Shown here: piece by piece, positions 9,968-21,140 of the stretch
Layout: each line of letters starts with the position of its first letter
How positions within the stretch are numbered: position 1 is the first letter of the stretch
Assembly: GCA_965243135.1 (NCBI GenBank)
Contig: OZ251539.1
Location: 5,920,001 to 5,984,000, forward strand
Length of the DNA: 64,000 nucleotides
Reading direction: 5' to 3'
Source: Alphaproteobacteria bacterium
GTDB taxonomy: Bacteria > Pseudomonadota > Alphaproteobacteria > MPNO01 > UBA830
Made by a program: the position numbers and the translations under genes
Notes under the pieces: generated by a model
What the model saw: only the letters and a program-made list of their open reading frames with translations
Told to the model about the DNA's origin: nothing
Database searches by the model: none

Positions 9968-11149
9968 ATGCCGCCTCGCCGCGTAACTGTCTTCCCGCTT
10001 CTGGCCTTGACCCTGCTTGTCGCGGCCTGCTCGCACCGGCCCGCCGAATTGTCGGCCATCGACATCGCGCAACCCGGCAAGGTCCTTGTCGACCACGAGG
10101 CGAGGCGTTCGCAACTGAAGGGCGGCGAACTGTGCCCGGTCTGGGAAACCGCGCTGCCCCGGACAGCCCTTCCCCCGGTGGTGGGCGTCGAGGCGCCGTC
10201 GGGTTACGGGATCGACTGGCGCTTTGCCGCCCCCCGGGACCAAATGATGGAACTCGGCGCGGCCTGTCTTAAGCTGGGCGGGAAACCCTGCAGGACCATT
10301 GCCGACACCATGGTCTCTTGGTCGCAGGCCGAGGCGGCCATCGTCGAAAGCAGCGGAGACAACAGCAGGTTCTGGAACGACTCCATAACCGTCAACCTGG
10401 ACGTCGTCAGGCCGTTCGTCGGCGCCTATGCGATTGCGCGCTCTTCGGTCGCCGTGGCGCCGGAAGAGGACGCGCGGATCCGGGAATGGGTCGAGGCCGT
10501 CCTGTGGCGGTCGAGGAATTTGCTGCGCGGCGTGCGCCGCAAGGGCCGAAACTACGCCGCCCATAACCACGCCGTCGCCTCGGCCGCCGCGCTCATGGCC
10601 TACGGGGCCATGTGGGGCGATTCCGCGGCGTTCGGACACGGCGTCGACCAGTGGTTCATCACGCTGGGAGACATGCGGCGCGACGGGAGTCTGCCCATCG
10701 AAACGCGCCGGGGCGCGCGCGCTCTCTTCTACACAGGCAGGACGCTGAGCGGACTGACGAGCATCGCCGAGATGGCGCGGACCCAGGGGATCGACCTGTA
10801 CTCGTCTGGGCCGTCGGACGAGAAGACCATCCACAAGGCGGTCGCGTTCATGCTGGACGCGCTCGAGAACAACGATGCGGTCCTTTCCTACGCGAGCGAA
10901 AACTACGGGCCGGGCCCTTACGGGGACTGGCGGCAGCAGGATCTGGGCGCTCCGGGCGACACGCTCGGCTGGGCGATTCCCTATGCGGCCCGGTTTCCGG
11001 ACCATCCGAACGCCCGGCGATTGCGTTCGCTCGAGATCGACAAGCGTATCCCGACGCAGGACGTCCTGGATTACGTCCTCGCTCCCGACAGCGCAGTCAT
11101 GGGTCACTGGATCGGTGGCCGCTCGGACTGCCTTTATGGAGCGCCGTAG
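9968..11149 (+). CDS. Lipoprotein, probable alginate-lyase-family (alpha/alpha toroid) polysaccharide lyase
   Basis: Lipobox LLVAAC; HNHA motif, DGSLPIETRRG..ALFY and AEMARTQGIDLY segments typical of the family. Confidence 0.65.
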   Translation: MPPRRVTVFPLLALTLLVAACSHRPAELSAIDIAQPGKVLVDHEARRSQLKGGELCPVWETALPRTALPPVVGVEAPSGYGIDWRFAAPRDQMMELGAACLKLGGKPCRTIADTMVSWSQAEAAIVESSGDNSRFWNDSITVNLDVVRPFVGAYAIARSSVAVAPEEDARIREWVEAVLWRSRNLLRGVRRKGRNYAAHNHAVASAAALMAYGAMWGDSAAFGHGVDQWFITLGDMRRDGSLPIETRRGARALFYTGRTLSGLTSIAEMARTQGIDLYSSGPSDEKTIHKAVAFMLDALENNDAVLSYASENYGPGPYGDWRQQDLGAPGDTLGWAIPYAARFPDHPNARRLRSLEIDKRIPTQDVLDYVLAPDSAVMGHWIGGRSDCLYGAP

Positions 11150-11444
11150 GTCCGAACGAAGGGCGGGCTGGGGGCCGGCGCCGCCATTGGAGCCGGCGAA
11201 ACCCGGCCTCTCAGGCGGGTCTTCCAGCATCGGCGGCGGACCGCGGCCGCCTCCGTTTCGAAAGCGCAAACGCGGAAAGGGGGGTCTTGACCAAATCAAT
11301 CCTGGACGAATAATGGCGGGACAGGGAGGTCGCGCTCCGCCGTCTCGCGGCGGGAGATTACGGACTTCTCGCAGGGTGCGCCGCGCGGTCCGGCGGCGCT
11401 TGCATGCTTTCCGGCGCTTCGCGCCTGGATGACGAGGTAGGAAT

Positions 11445-12404
11445 TTGACAGAAAAATCGTTGGCGCGGCGGCAGTGTCGGATTTTGGTCGTTGCCGCCGC
11501 TTTCCTGGTTGTTTCGCATTCCGTTTCCGCGACCCGGATGTCGGCCCCCGGCGCGGCGCCGGTCTCCACCGCCGAGGCGCTGGTCTCCACCGCCGTAGAG
11601 CCGAATCTCGCGCCGGAACCGAGGCGCGGCGGCCGGGCCGACCGGATCGTGCTTGTCAGTTCGGCGAACCAGCTCACCGGGTATTTCGAGCGCGTGAATT
11701 ATCGGCTCGGCGACGTCCGCGACCGGGGCGAGGTGCCGAGGTTGTATCTCGTGCGCCTGCCGTCGGACCTGCGGAAACTTCGGAACACGTCCCAGCGCAA
11801 GGACGTGTTCATCAAAACCGCCTTGCCGCTGATCCTGCGCGCCAACGAGCTGATCGCCGAAGAACGCGCGAGATTGATCGAACTGAGGAACCGTGCCGGC
11901 CTCGCCGGGGCGGAACGAGAGTGGGCCGTGAGGCTGGCGCAACACTACGGGTTCGAACGACTCGATTTCGCGAAGCTGCTTGAACGGGTCGATCTCGTCC
12001 CGCCGTCGCTGGCGTTGGCCCAGGCCGCCGAGGAGAGCGGTTGGGGGACGTCGCGCTTCGCCCGGACGGGAAACGCGTTGTTCGGCCAGCGCGTCTTCAG
12101 GCAGAGACTTCATGGCATGGTGCCGCAGGCGCGCGCCCCGGGAAAGACCTTCCGGGTGCGGGCGTTCGAGGGCTTGCTGGACAGCGTGCGGGCCTATTTC
12201 CACAATCTCAACACTCACCCCGCCTACGAGGATTTCCGGAAGATGCGGGCGAGGATGCGCAAGGACGACTCGGTCGACGGCCATGCGCTCGCCGGAACGC
12301 TCGAGTTCTATGCGGAACGCCGCGGCGCTTACGTGGAAACGATCCGCAAAATCATGGCGGTGAACGACCTGCGCGTCTACGACCGCGCGCGGCTCGGCGA
12401 GTAG
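11445..12404 (+). CDS. Bax-like glucosaminidase-domain protein
   Basis: LAQAAEESGWGTSRFA..GNALFG, YFHNLNTHPAY and YAERRGAY motifs. Confidence 0.85.
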   Translation: MTEKSLARRQCRILVVAAAFLVVSHSVSATRMSAPGAAPVSTAEALVSTAVEPNLAPEPRRGGRADRIVLVSSANQLTGYFERVNYRLGDVRDRGEVPRLYLVRLPSDLRKLRNTSQRKDVFIKTALPLILRANELIAEERARLIELRNRAGLAGAEREWAVRLAQHYGFERLDFAKLLERVDLVPPSLALAQAAEESGWGTSRFARTGNALFGQRVFRQRLHGMVPQARAPGKTFRVRAFEGLLDSVRAYFHNLNTHPAYEDFRKMRARMRKDDSVDGHALAGTLEFYAERRGAYVETIRKIMAVNDLRVYDRARLGE

Positions 12405-12550
12405 TCGACCGCCGAAGGACGCCCGAGGTTTGGGCGCGAGCCGCTGCGGCGGAACGGGGCGTTTTCCGCGCCGTTGCCCGGCGGGAAGGCTCCCGGTTCG
12501 CGCGCCCGAGGCCGCGCGAAAACCCGCCGGGAACGCGTCGCCCGAGGTCG

Positions 12551-13570
12551 CTACGGAAGGTAGAACTGCAGGCCGAACCAGCGCCACCGCCCGTTCCGGG
12601 CCAGCATCGTGCAGTTGATGCGCGATCGCCCTTTCGGCAGCGCTTCGCCCAACCGCACCTCTATCCTCGGGCCGAGAAGCTCGAGCTTCAGCTCTCCCTG
12701 CCTCGCCTCGTAGCAGGAAAGGCGCTCCAGTCTTCGCGCGACCGGCTTCGAGACGACGGTGAAGCCGAACGGCGGGGGATTGGTCTCGCTGGAAAGAAGC
12801 GGGTCCGCGGGGGTCACGTCCTTTACGGGCAGCGGCAGCGCATTCGCCGCGAGCTTGAAGCGGTCAAGTCCGCCGTAGGTCTCGTTCATCGAGAAGCGCG
12901 GCAGGTAGTACATGTCCTGCAGGTAATGAATTGCGCCGGAATGTTGTCCAAATCCGAAAGCGAACCCGGATTCTTTCGCCGCGTCGCGCACGGCGAGGCT
13001 GTACTCGCCGTAGGGATAGGCGATGATGTCCGGCGTAACGCCGAGCTCCTCGCGGAACCGTTCGTTCGAGACCCGCAATTCTTCCAGGTTCTCGGTCACG
13101 CTGTCGCGCGGCATGTGCGGATGCGAGTGGGTCTGGCTGCCGATCGAGACCCCCGCCGCGTGCAGTTCGCGCAGTTGGTCCCAGCTCATGTAGCCGGGCG
13201 TCCCGTCGTCCAGCGGCTTCGTCGCGACGAAAAGGGTGAACGGCATGCCGGCGTCGCGCAGGCGCGGCCATGCCTCCTCGTAGACGGAGAGGAACGCGTC
13301 GTCGATCGAAATGCCCACCGCGCGCTCGGGCAGCGGTTCGCGCGCCGACAGCTTGCCCAGGATTTCGGGAATCGGCAGGACGCTGTATCGGGAATCCGCC
13401 AGTTCGCCGAGATGGGCCTCGAACTGCTCGAGCTGGATGTTCGTCGACGGAAGAGAGGATTCTCCGAATCGGTGGTACATCACCACCACGGCCGAATCCG
13501 CCGCCAGCGTCGGCGACGGCGCTAGGCCGACGGCGGCCGCGAGGACGATTTTACGCAGGGTGCGGGACAT
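12551..13570 (-). CDS. Secreted polysaccharide deacetylase
   Basis: Signal peptide; MYHRF, ISIDDA, HSHPH, AYPYGE motifs. Confidence 0.88.
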   Translation of the reverse strand: MSRTLRKIVLAAAVGLAPSPTLAADSAVVVMYHRFGESSLPSTNIQLEQFEAHLGELADSRYSVLPIPEILGKLSAREPLPERAVGISIDDAFLSVYEEAWPRLRDAGMPFTLFVATKPLDDGTPGYMSWDQLRELHAAGVSIGSQTHSHPHMPRDSVTENLEELRVSNERFREELGVTPDIIAYPYGEYSLAVRDAAKESGFAFGFGQHSGAIHYLQDMYYLPRFSMNETYGGLDRFKLAANALPLPVKDVTPADPLLSSETNPPPFGFTVVSKPVARRLERLSCYEARQGELKLELLGPRIEVRLGEALPKGRSRINCTMLARNGRWRWFGLQFYLP

Positions 13571-13639
13571 GGAAACGACTATAGGCCGGCGACGGAGTTC
13601 CGGACAGGGCCGGTTTCCCGCTTCGCCGGAAGATCCCGG

Positions 13640-14203
13640 TCAACGGTCGGCCCGCATCATCGATTCGGGCAGCGCGCCGTCCCCGAGAAGGTCGTAGCCG
13701 CCGGAGTCGAACAACTGATAATGCCACCATTCGTTCCTGTAGAAATCCCATCCCGCCGCGGTCATGAGTCCGAGCAGAAACAGGCGGTTGGCCTGCGCCT
13801 CGCGGGAGATTTCGGTGCAGCCGTGGTGCGACAGCGGCGTGAACGCGTCGAAACCGGTGCCCATGTCGAGCGTCTCGCCGTCCGGCTTCGCGAGGGTGAG
13901 GTCGACCGCGACGCCGCGCGAATGCGGAGATCCCTTTTGCGGAGGGGTGAGGTAGTCGGGGTCGGGCGTGTGCTTCCACATCGCCCATTGCGCCTCGGCC
14001 GGACGAAAGGCGTCGTATATCCTCAGCGTCAGGTCGTGGGCGGCGGCGAGGGCGACGGCTTTCCGCAGAGCCGCCGCTGCGTCGGCGTGGAGATAGCAGC
14101 CCGGGCGCGCGTAGATCGGCGCCCCCGTGAAGTTGTCCGCGGTGGCGTAGACGATGTCGCAAACGACGTCGAAGCGCCGTTCGGAGATTTCAACCAACGT
14201 CAT
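13640..14203 (-). CDS. ddpX: D-alanyl-D-alanine dipeptidase (VanX/DdpX family)
   Basis: YATADNFTG, DAFRP, SPHSRGVAVDLTL, EWWHY. Confidence 0.9.
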   Translation of the reverse strand: MTLVEISERRFDVVCDIVYATADNFTGAPIYARPGCYLHADAAAALRKAVALAAAHDLTLRIYDAFRPAEAQWAMWKHTPDPDYLTPPQKGSPHSRGVAVDLTLAKPDGETLDMGTGFDAFTPLSHHGCTEISREAQANRLFLLGLMTAAGWDFYRNEWWHYQLFDSGGYDLLGDGALPESMMRADR

Positions 14204-14268
14204 CCAGGTTCTCCGAAGATGCTTCAAACCTATATTATCCGTCCCCGAATCGCGAAAGCGCTACGCGG

Positions 14269-14940
14269 ATGCCTCTGACGCTCGCTTTCGATACGAGCGC
14301 CGAGGCGTGCTCGGCGGCGCTCCTGAGGAACGGCGCCGTGCTCGCAGAGGAACGGAAGCGCATGGCGCGCGGTCATGCGGAGGCCCTGATCCCGATGGTC
14401 GACCGGGTCGTGCAGGCGGCGGACGAATCGCTTTCGGCCGTCGAGATCGTCGGGGTGGTCGCCGGTCCCGGCTCGTTCACCGGCCTTCGCGTCGGGATCG
14501 CGGCGGCGCGCGGCTTCGCGCTGGCTTCGGGCGCCCGCGCGGTCGGCGTGTCCGCGTTCGAGGCGGTTGCCCTCCGCGCGCTGGAGGACACGGGGCGACG
14601 CGCTTCGATCCTCTGCGTTCTCGAGACGCGAAGGTCGGATTATTTCGCGCAGGGCTTCGGCGTCGACGGAAAGGCCCTGACGGCCGCTTCCGTAATGACT
14701 TCCGGCGAACTCCGCCAACGCCTTTCGCAAGGCGAATGCCTCCTCGCGGGAAACGCCGCAAGGCGGCTCCTGTCCGAATTGCCGCGCGCCGGCTTCGCCC
14801 TCGCGCCCGGAGACGGCCTGCCGGTCGCCGCCGACGTCGCCCGGCTCGCCGACCGCGCGGGAGAAAACGCGTCCGGCCCGGAGCCGTTGTATCTTCGGGC
14901 GCCGGAAGCCAGGCGTCCGGACGGCGGCTTCCGGGGATGA
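14269..14940 (+). CDS. tsaB: tRNA t6A biosynthesis protein TsaB
   Basis: LAFDTS, HAEALIP, GPGSFTGLRVG, PLYLR. Confidence 0.93.
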   Translation: MPLTLAFDTSAEACSAALLRNGAVLAEERKRMARGHAEALIPMVDRVVQAADESLSAVEIVGVVAGPGSFTGLRVGIAAARGFALASGARAVGVSAFEAVALRALEDTGRRASILCVLETRRSDYFAQGFGVDGKALTAASVMTSGELRQRLSQGECLLAGNAARRLLSELPRAGFALAPGDGLPVAADVARLADRAGENASGPEPLYLRAPEARRPDGGFRG

Positions 14941-15425
14941 CGGGGCATTCGCTGGTTCCCGTCGGCGAAACCGACGTCGGAGAGATGGCGCGCATCCATG
15001 CGCTGTCGTTCGACGACGCCTGGAGCGGCGCCACGTTTCGCAGAATTCTGGCGACGCGGGGAACCTGCGGCATTGCGGCGCGGCACGACCGCAAATGGAC
15101 GGTTTCCGGCTTCGCCCTGCTGCGCCTCGCGGCGGACGAGTGCGAACTCCTCACCATCGCTGTCGCGCCCGAGCGCCGCGGCGCGGGCGTAGGCGCGCTG
15201 CTGTTGCGAGCCGCGTTGGGACAGGCGCGGGAACGAGGCGCCCGGAAGTTCTTTCTGGAAGTCGCCGACGACAACTATATTGCCCGGCGGCTCTATCGAA
15301 GCCATGGCCTGCGGCCGGTCGGGCGCCGCCGCGCCTATTACGACCGAGCGGGCGGCGCGTCCGCGGACGCCCTGACCATGCTCCGCGACCTCGGAGATCA
15401 GGCCTTTCGCACGACGAGCCTGTGA
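14937..15425 (+). CDS. rimI: RimI-like GNAT acetyltransferase
   Basis: ELLTIAV, FLEVADDN..ARRLY, VGRRRAYY; ATGA overlap with tsaB. Confidence 0.85.
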   Translation: MTGHSLVPVGETDVGEMARIHALSFDDAWSGATFRRILATRGTCGIAARHDRKWTVSGFALLRLAADECELLTIAVAPERRGAGVGALLLRAALGQARERGARKFFLEVADDNYIARRLYRSHGLRPVGRRRAYYDRAGGASADALTMLRDLGDQAFRTTSL

Positions 15426-15631
15426 GCCGGCGGATCCGGCGCGAGCGAGACGATCTCGTGCCCGAGTTCGATCAGGGATTCCGGGACGTTCCGGAGCGGC
15501 TCGGCGCCCGCCAGGCGGATTTCCAGGATTTCGCCCGGGGACATCTTCTCGATCTGCAGCCGCGTCCTGACGAACGTCATCGGGCAGACGTCGCCCGTAA
15601 TGTCGATAAAGTGGTCTGCGGTGTCCTTCAT
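15398..15631 (-). CDS. TusA-family sulfur carrier
   Basis: IDITGDVCPM (CPx motif); 77 aa. Confidence 0.85.
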   Translation of the reverse strand: MKDTADHFIDITGDVCPMTFVRTRLQIEKMSPGEILEIRLAGAEPLRNVPESLIELGHEIVSLAPDPPAHRLVVRKA

Positions 15632-15704
15632 CGAAGCGAACGTTGCAATATCCCGGACGCTCCGTATACATGGTTTTCGTCCGGTTGTCGCAGGAGATCG
15701 TTGC

Positions 15705-16106
15705 ATGGACGAATGTCCGAAAGACAAGGAGATGCTGGCGTGGACGACCGAGATCGTCGCGGCGCATGTCGGCAACAACGCCGTGGCGATCCACGATCTG
15801 CCGCTGTTGATCCGCACGGTTCACGATTCGCTGGCGGGCTTGTCGGCCGCGCCGGCCGCGGGAGACCGGCAGCGGCCGGCGGTTCCGGTCGGGAATTCAG
15901 TGACGCCGGACCACATCGTATGCCTCGAAGACGGGCGGAAGTTCAAGATGCTCAAGCGGCATCTCGCGACGGCCTACGGCATGACGCCCGACGAATACCG
16001 CGAGAAATGGGGCTTGCCGGACGACTATCCGATGGTGGCGCCCGGGTACGCGGAACAGCGCAGTTCGCTGGCGAAGGAGATCGGGCTGGGCCGGCGGCGG
16101 GACTAG
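15705..16106 (+). CDS. mucR: MucR/Ros transcriptional regulator
   Basis: EIVAAHVGNN, IVCLEDGRKFKMLKRHL, YREKWGLPDDYPMVAP. Confidence 0.93.
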   Translation: MDECPKDKEMLAWTTEIVAAHVGNNAVAIHDLPLLIRTVHDSLAGLSAAPAAGDRQRPAVPVGNSVTPDHIVCLEDGRKFKMLKRHLATAYGMTPDEYREKWGLPDDYPMVAPGYAEQRSSLAKEIGLGRRRD

Positions 16107-16153
16107 GACGCCCGCGCTTTGACTATGCGGCCCCGGTTCCCTACTCTTCGGGA

Positions 16154-16585
16154 ATGATGGTGGCGACGGCGATAGAGCGCTTGTGCGCTGAAAAAGGCCT
16201 CAGAATGACCGGGCAGCGGCGGGTGATCGCCCAGGTCCTGTCCGAGGCCGAGGACCATCCCGACGCCGAGGCGCTGTACGCCCGCGCCAGCCGGATCGAT
16301 CCCCGCATCAGCATGGCCACGGTGTACCGCACCATCCGGCTGTTCATGGAGGCGGGGATCCTCGAGCGCCACGACTTCGGAGACGGGCGGGCGCGTTACG
16401 AGACCGCGGACGACGCCGACGGCCATCACCACCATATCATCAACGTGCGGACCGGCGCCGTGACCGAGTTCGAGAACGAGCAGCTGGAGGTTCTGAAACG
16501 GCGCATCGCCGCCGACCTCGGTTTCCGGATCGTCGGGGAGCGGCTGGAACTGTACTGCGTTCCGATAGACGGCGACGAGACGTGA
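16154..16585 (+). CDS. fur: Fur-family regulator
   Basis: GLRMTGQRRVI, HPDAE, SMATVYRT, HHH. Confidence 0.9.
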   Translation: MMVATAIERLCAEKGLRMTGQRRVIAQVLSEAEDHPDAEALYARASRIDPRISMATVYRTIRLFMEAGILERHDFGDGRARYETADDADGHHHHIINVRTGAVTEFENEQLEVLKRRIAADLGFRIVGERLELYCVPIDGDET

Positions 16586-16615
16586 AGCGCCGCGGCTCCG
16601 AGACGGGGACTGGGC

Positions 16616-17425
16616 GTGACTGACGCGGTCCTCTTCGACCCCATCCGGCTCGGAAACCTGGAGTCCCGGATGGCGCGGACCAGGGCCGAGATCGAGGCGG
16701 CGCAGGCGTTGCGCTATCGCGTCTTTTACGGCGAAATGTCCGCCGTGCCTTCGGCCGAAGCGGCGGCGTCCCGCCGCGATTCCGACCGGTTCGACGAAAT
16801 CTGCGACCATCTGCTCGTGGTCGACGCCGCGCGCGCCGACCTGCCCGGCGGGGTGGTCGGGACCTACCGCCTTCTGCGCAGCAGCGTCGCCGCCCGGCAC
16901 GGCGGCTTTTACACGACCGGAGAATTCGAAATCGACGAGGTCGTCTCCTATGCCGGCGAGACGCTCGAACTGGGACGGTCCTGCGTGGAAGCCGAGTACC
17001 GCAACCGTCCGACGATGCAGCTGCTCTGGCAGAGCATCGCGCAGTACGTCTTTCGCTACGACATCGGCATAATGTTCGGATGCGCCAGCATACAGGGAAC
17101 CGATCCGGAGGCGCTGGCGCTGCCGCTTTCCTATCTCTACCATTTTCACCTCGCCCCGGTCGGGCTGCGCCCCCGCGCGCTTGCCGAACGCCGCGTCGAC
17201 ATGCGGATTTTGCCGGAGGACGGGATCGACCGGCGGGCGGCTCTCGCGGCGCTGCCGCCCCTCATAAAGGGCTACCTGAGACTCGGCGGCTTCGTCGGCG
17301 ACGGAGCGGTCATCGATCGCGAGTTCAGCACCACGGACGTCAGCATCGTGGTCAAGACGGACCTCGTGACCGAAAAATACTTCAAGCATTACGAGCGCAA
17401 GAGGCTCCGGGCCGAAGGAGCGTGA
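16616..17425 (+). CDS. OlsB-like GNAT N-acyltransferase (ornithine lipid synthesis)
   Basis: [46 protein letters not shown]. Confidence 0.8.
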   Translation: MTDAVLFDPIRLGNLESRMARTRAEIEAAQALRYRVFYGEMSAVPSAEAAASRRDSDRFDEICDHLLVVDAARADLPGGVVGTYRLLRSSVAARHGGFYTTGEFEIDEVVSYAGETLELGRSCVEAEYRNRPTMQLLWQSIAQYVFRYDIGIMFGCASIQGTDPEALALPLSYLYHFHLAPVGLRPRALAERRVDMRILPEDGIDRRAALAALPPLIKGYLRLGGFVGDGAVIDREFSTTDVSIVVKTDLVTEKYFKHYERKRLRAEGA

Positions 17426-18231
17426 TGGGGTCGCCTTTCCTGGCGCTCGCCAGAATCGCGGCGTATCTGTCGCTGACCTTCGCGCTGCTTCCGGTGCAGA
17501 TATTCGCGGTATGGGCGCGGCTGGAACTGGCGGCGCGGCTGCCGCTCTTCTACCACCGCGTTTGCGCCCGCATACTCGGCTTCAGGATCCGGCTGACCGG
17601 CGGCATTCGGCGCGGCGGGCCGATCCTCTACGTGTGCAATCACACGTCCTACGCGGACATCACGATTCTGGGCGCGTTGCTTCCGGCCTCGTTCGTGGCG
17701 AAGGCGGAGATATCCGACTGGCCCTTGTTCGGATTGCTGGCGCGGTTGCAGCGGTCGGTATTCGTCGACCGGCGGGGGATTCGTACGATGCGGCACCGGG
17801 ACGAGATCGCGCGCCGCCTAGAGAACGGCGACAGCCTGATCCTCTTTCCCGAGGGAACGAGTTCGGACGGCAACTCGGTGCTTCCGTTCAAGAGCGCGCT
17901 GTTCGCCGCCGCGCACGGCGCGCCGGCCGGAGGTTCGCTGCAAGTGCAGCCGGTTTCGATCGCCTACACCCGCCTCGACGGCATGCCGGTCGGCAGGGCG
18001 CTGCGCCCGTACTTCGCATGGTACGGGGACATGGAGCTGGCTCCCCACGTATGGGAAGTCGCCGGCCTCGGACGGGTCACCGTCGACGTCGTCTTTCATC
18101 CCCCGGTGACGGCGGACCGGTTCGCGACGCGACGGAAGCTCGCGGACCATTGCCACGAAGCCGTCCGCAGCGGCGTGTCGGCCGCCAACGCCGGCCGGCT
18201 GGACCGGTTCGCGTCTCCGGCGCCGTCTTGA
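17425..18231 (+). CDS. Lysophospholipid acyltransferase (PlsC/OlsA family)
   Basis: NHTSYAD, FVAKAE, FPEGT. Confidence 0.88.
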   Translation: MGSPFLALARIAAYLSLTFALLPVQIFAVWARLELAARLPLFYHRVCARILGFRIRLTGGIRRGGPILYVCNHTSYADITILGALLPASFVAKAEISDWPLFGLLARLQRSVFVDRRGIRTMRHRDEIARRLENGDSLILFPEGTSSDGNSVLPFKSALFAAAHGAPAGGSLQVQPVSIAYTRLDGMPVGRALRPYFAWYGDMELAPHVWEVAGLGRVTVDVVFHPPVTADRFATRRKLADHCHEAVRSGVSAANAGRLDRFASPAPS

Positions 18232-18242
18232 CAGTCGCCGGC

Positions 18243-19691
18243 ATGGTGGATAGCCTTGCGCACGGGCCGTCGTCCGCGGCCGCGAAGGGTCGGCGGGCGG
18301 GCGGGAAATTGCAGGGGCGGGCGGAACCCGCGAATGCCTCCTTGAAACTCTACGTCAAGAATTACGGCTGCCAGATGAACGTCTACGATGCCAGGCGCAT
18401 GGAGGACGTTCTCGCCCCGTTGGGATACCGGCCGGTCGGCGCGGCCGAGGAAGCGGACCTCGTCGTTCTCAACACCTGCCACATCCGCGAGAAGGCCGCC
18501 GAGAAAGTGTATTCGGAGCTCGGCCGGCTGCGCGCGATGCAGATGCGCGGAAAGCGCTTCATGATCGGCGTCGCGGGTTGCGTCGCGCAGGCCGAGGGCG
18601 CGGAACTGATGCGCCGCGCGCCTTACGTCGATCTGGTGGTCGGCCCGCAGACCTATCATCGCCTGCCGGAAATTCTGGCGCGGATCGGGCGCGAGTCCGG
18701 GCGCGGCGTCATCGACACGGAGTTTCCGCCCGAAACGAAGTTCGACCTGCTGCCGCGGCCGAGCGGACAGGGAGCGTCGGCGTTCCTGACCGTGCAGGAG
18801 GGGTGCGACCGTTTCTGCGCGTTCTGCGTCGTGCCCTACACCCGCGGCGCGGAGCATTCGCGGCCGGCGGCGGACGTCATGGCCGAAGCGATGGCGCTGA
18901 CCGCCGCGGGCGCCCGCGAGATCACGCTTCTCGGCCAGAACGTGAACGCCTATCACGGCGCGCTGGAGGGCGGCGGCGAATGCCGGCTGGCCGGGCTGAT
19001 CGAGCGCCTCGCCGAAATTCCCGGCCTCGAACGGATCCGTTACACCACGTCGCATCCCCGCGACATGACGGACGACCTCATCCTCGCCCATCGCGACATC
19101 GCCAAGCTCATGCCCTGGCTGCACCTGCCGGTGCAGTCGGGTTCGAACGCGGTTCTCGCCGCGATGAACCGCCAGCATCGCGTCGAAGACTATCTGGATA
19201 TCGTCGACCGGCTGCGGGAGGCCCGTCCGGACATCGCGCTTTCTTCCGACTTCATCGTCGGGCATCCGGGCGAGGGCGAGGAGGACTTCGAAGCGACGCT
19301 CGAACTCGTGCGCGCGGTGGGTTTCGCGCAGGCCTATTCGTTCAAGTACAGCCCGCGGCCCGGCACCCCGGCGGCCGCGCGGGAGGACGCCGTGGAGGAA
19401 ACGGTCAAGGCCGAACGTCTCGAACGGCTTCAGGCGCTGCTGAACGAGCAGCGGATCGCCTTCAACGACGCCTTCCGGGGACGGACCGTTCCCGTTCTGC
19501 TGGATCGCCGCGGCCGTTCCGACCGTCAGCTCGCCGGACGGAGCGCCTGGATGCAGGCGGTGCACGTGAACTTTCCCGACGTCGCGCAGGCCGCCGATTC
19601 GGCCGGTCGCATTGTGGACGCGCGGGTGGTGGCCGCGCATCCCAATTCGCTGGCCGCAGTGCCCGCGGTCCGGCGCGGGGAGGCCGCTTGA
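18243..19691 (+). CDS. miaB: tRNA-2-methylthio-N6-dimethylallyladenosine synthase (start uncertain)
   Basis: [18 protein letters not shown], radical [16 protein letters not shown]-terminus. Confidence 0.95.
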   Translation: MVDSLAHGPSSAAAKGRRAGGKLQGRAEPANASLKLYVKNYGCQMNVYDARRMEDVLAPLGYRPVGAAEEADLVVLNTCHIREKAAEKVYSELGRLRAMQMRGKRFMIGVAGCVAQAEGAELMRRAPYVDLVVGPQTYHRLPEILARIGRESGRGVIDTEFPPETKFDLLPRPSGQGASAFLTVQEGCDRFCAFCVVPYTRGAEHSRPAADVMAEAMALTAAGAREITLLGQNVNAYHGALEGGGECRLAGLIERLAEIPGLERIRYTTSHPRDMTDDLILAHRDIAKLMPWLHLPVQSGSNAVLAAMNRQHRVEDYLDIVDRLREARPDIALSSDFIVGHPGEGEEDFEATLELVRAVGFAQAYSFKYSPRPGTPAAAREDAVEETVKAERLERLQALLNEQRIAFNDAFRGRTVPVLLDRRGRSDRQLAGRSAWMQAVHVNFPDVAQAADSAGRIVDARVVAAHPNSLAAVPAVRRGEAA

Positions 19692-20653
19692 GGCAGCGCG
19701 CGACATCGGGCGGCGCGCCGTTGTTCCTCGAATTCGACGACAACCGGCTGCTGCCCATGCTGTTCGGGGATTTCGACAGGCATCTGGCGCGCATGGAGCA
19801 GGCGCTGGGGGTATCGATATCGTCGCGCGGCAACAGCGTCACGATCACCGGCGCGCCGTCGATGGCCGAGGCCGCTCGCGCGGCTCTCGAATCCCTTTAC
19901 GGACGGCTCTCCCAGGGACACGACGTCGCTCCGGCCGACGTCGACGCGGCCGTGCGCCTGGCCCGGACCGGCGAAGAATCGCAGGCGCGCGGCCGGGTTC
20001 TTCGCACGCCGAAGCGCCACATCTCGGCGCGCTCGGCCGGCCAGGAGGCCTACATCAGGGCGCTGACGGACAAGGATCTCGTTTTCGGGCTCGGTCCCGC
20101 GGGCACCGGAAAGACCTATCTGGCGGTCGGCATGGCGGTGTCGTTGCTGACTTCCGGACGGGTCGACCGCATCGTGCTCTCGCGCCCCGCGGTCGAAGCC
20201 GGCGAGCGGCTCGGGTTCCTTCCCGGCGACATGCGCGACAAGATCGACCCTTACCTGCGTCCGCTCTACGACGCGCTGTACGACATGATGCCCGCCGATC
20301 AGGCCGACCGCCGCCTGGAAACGGGCGAGATCGAGGTCGCGCCGCTCGCCTTCATGCGCGGCCGCACGCTTTCCAACGCTCACGTGATCCTCGACGAGGC
20401 GCAGAACACCACTCCGGTCCAGATGAAGATGTTCCTGACCCGCCTCGGCGAAAACGCCCGCATGGTCGTGACGGGCGATCTCAGCCAGATCGATTTGCCG
20501 GCGGGGGCGGTCTGCGGCCTCCGCCACGCCGCGCGGACCCTCAAGGAGGTGGAGGGCGTCGGGATCGTCAATCTCGGAGTCGGAGACGTCGTTCGGCACG
20601 AGCTCGTGTCGCGAATCGTGTCCGCTTACGACGGCGCCGAGGGGAACCCTTGA
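19688..20653 (+). CDS. phoH: PhoH-like ATPase
   Basis: [34 protein letters not shown]. Confidence 0.93.
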   Translation: MRQRATSGGAPLFLEFDDNRLLPMLFGDFDRHLARMEQALGVSISSRGNSVTITGAPSMAEAARAALESLYGRLSQGHDVAPADVDAAVRLARTGEESQARGRVLRTPKRHISARSAGQEAYIRALTDKDLVFGLGPAGTGKTYLAVGMAVSLLTSGRVDRIVLSRPAVEAGERLGFLPGDMRDKIDPYLRPLYDALYDMMPADQADRRLETGEIEVAPLAFMRGRTLSNAHVILDEAQNTTPVQMKMFLTRLGENARMVVTGDLSQIDLPAGAVCGLRHAARTLKEVEGVGIVNLGVGDVVRHELVSRIVSAYDGAEGNP

Positions 20654-20654
20654 C

Positions 20655-21140
20655 GTGGGCGAGTGCCTCGTCGAGATCCGGGTCGACGCGGCGGCCTGGC
20701 GGGAGATCGAATTCGAAGCCGTGGTTCGCGAAGCCGCCTCCGGGACTCTGCGCGAGGCGGGGCCGAAGGGCGGCCCGCTGGAGCTGAGCGTTTTGTTGAC
20801 CGACGATTCCGCCATGGCCGATCTGAACAGGACGTGGCGGGGAAAGGACGGGCCGACGGACGTGCTTTCCTTTCCCGGCGATTTCCGACCGTCGCCGGCT
20901 CCGCGGCTTCTGGGCGACGTCGCGCTGTCGATCGACGCCCTGAAGGCGGACGCCGCGCGCGCCGGCCTGTCCGCGACGGATCATCTGGCGCATCTGGTCG
21001 TGCACGGCATCCTTCACCTCGTGGGATACGATCACGAAAGCGATTCCGAAGCGGCGGCGATGGAGAAAGCCGAAGCGGACATTCTCGGCGCGATGGGAAT
21101 CGCGAATCCTTACCTGCGGGAGGCGACGCTGCGTTCATGA
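20655..21140 (+). CDS. ybeY: Endoribonuclease YbeY
   Basis: PTDVLSFP, HLVVHGILHLVGYDH. Confidence 0.95.
   Translation: MGECLVEIRVDAAAWREIEFEAVVREAASGTLREAGPKGGPLELSVLLTDDSAMADLNRTWRGKDGPTDVLSFPGDFRPSPAPRLLGDVALSIDALKADAARAGLSATDHLAHLVVHGILHLVGYDHESDSEAAAMEKAEADILGAMGIANPYLREATLRS

Noticed and set aside
8726-11677. 983-aa minus-strand ORF and other long antisense ORFs (e.g. 44244-47432)
   Set aside because: Shadow frames of real high-GC genes, with no motifs and Arg/Pro-rich composition
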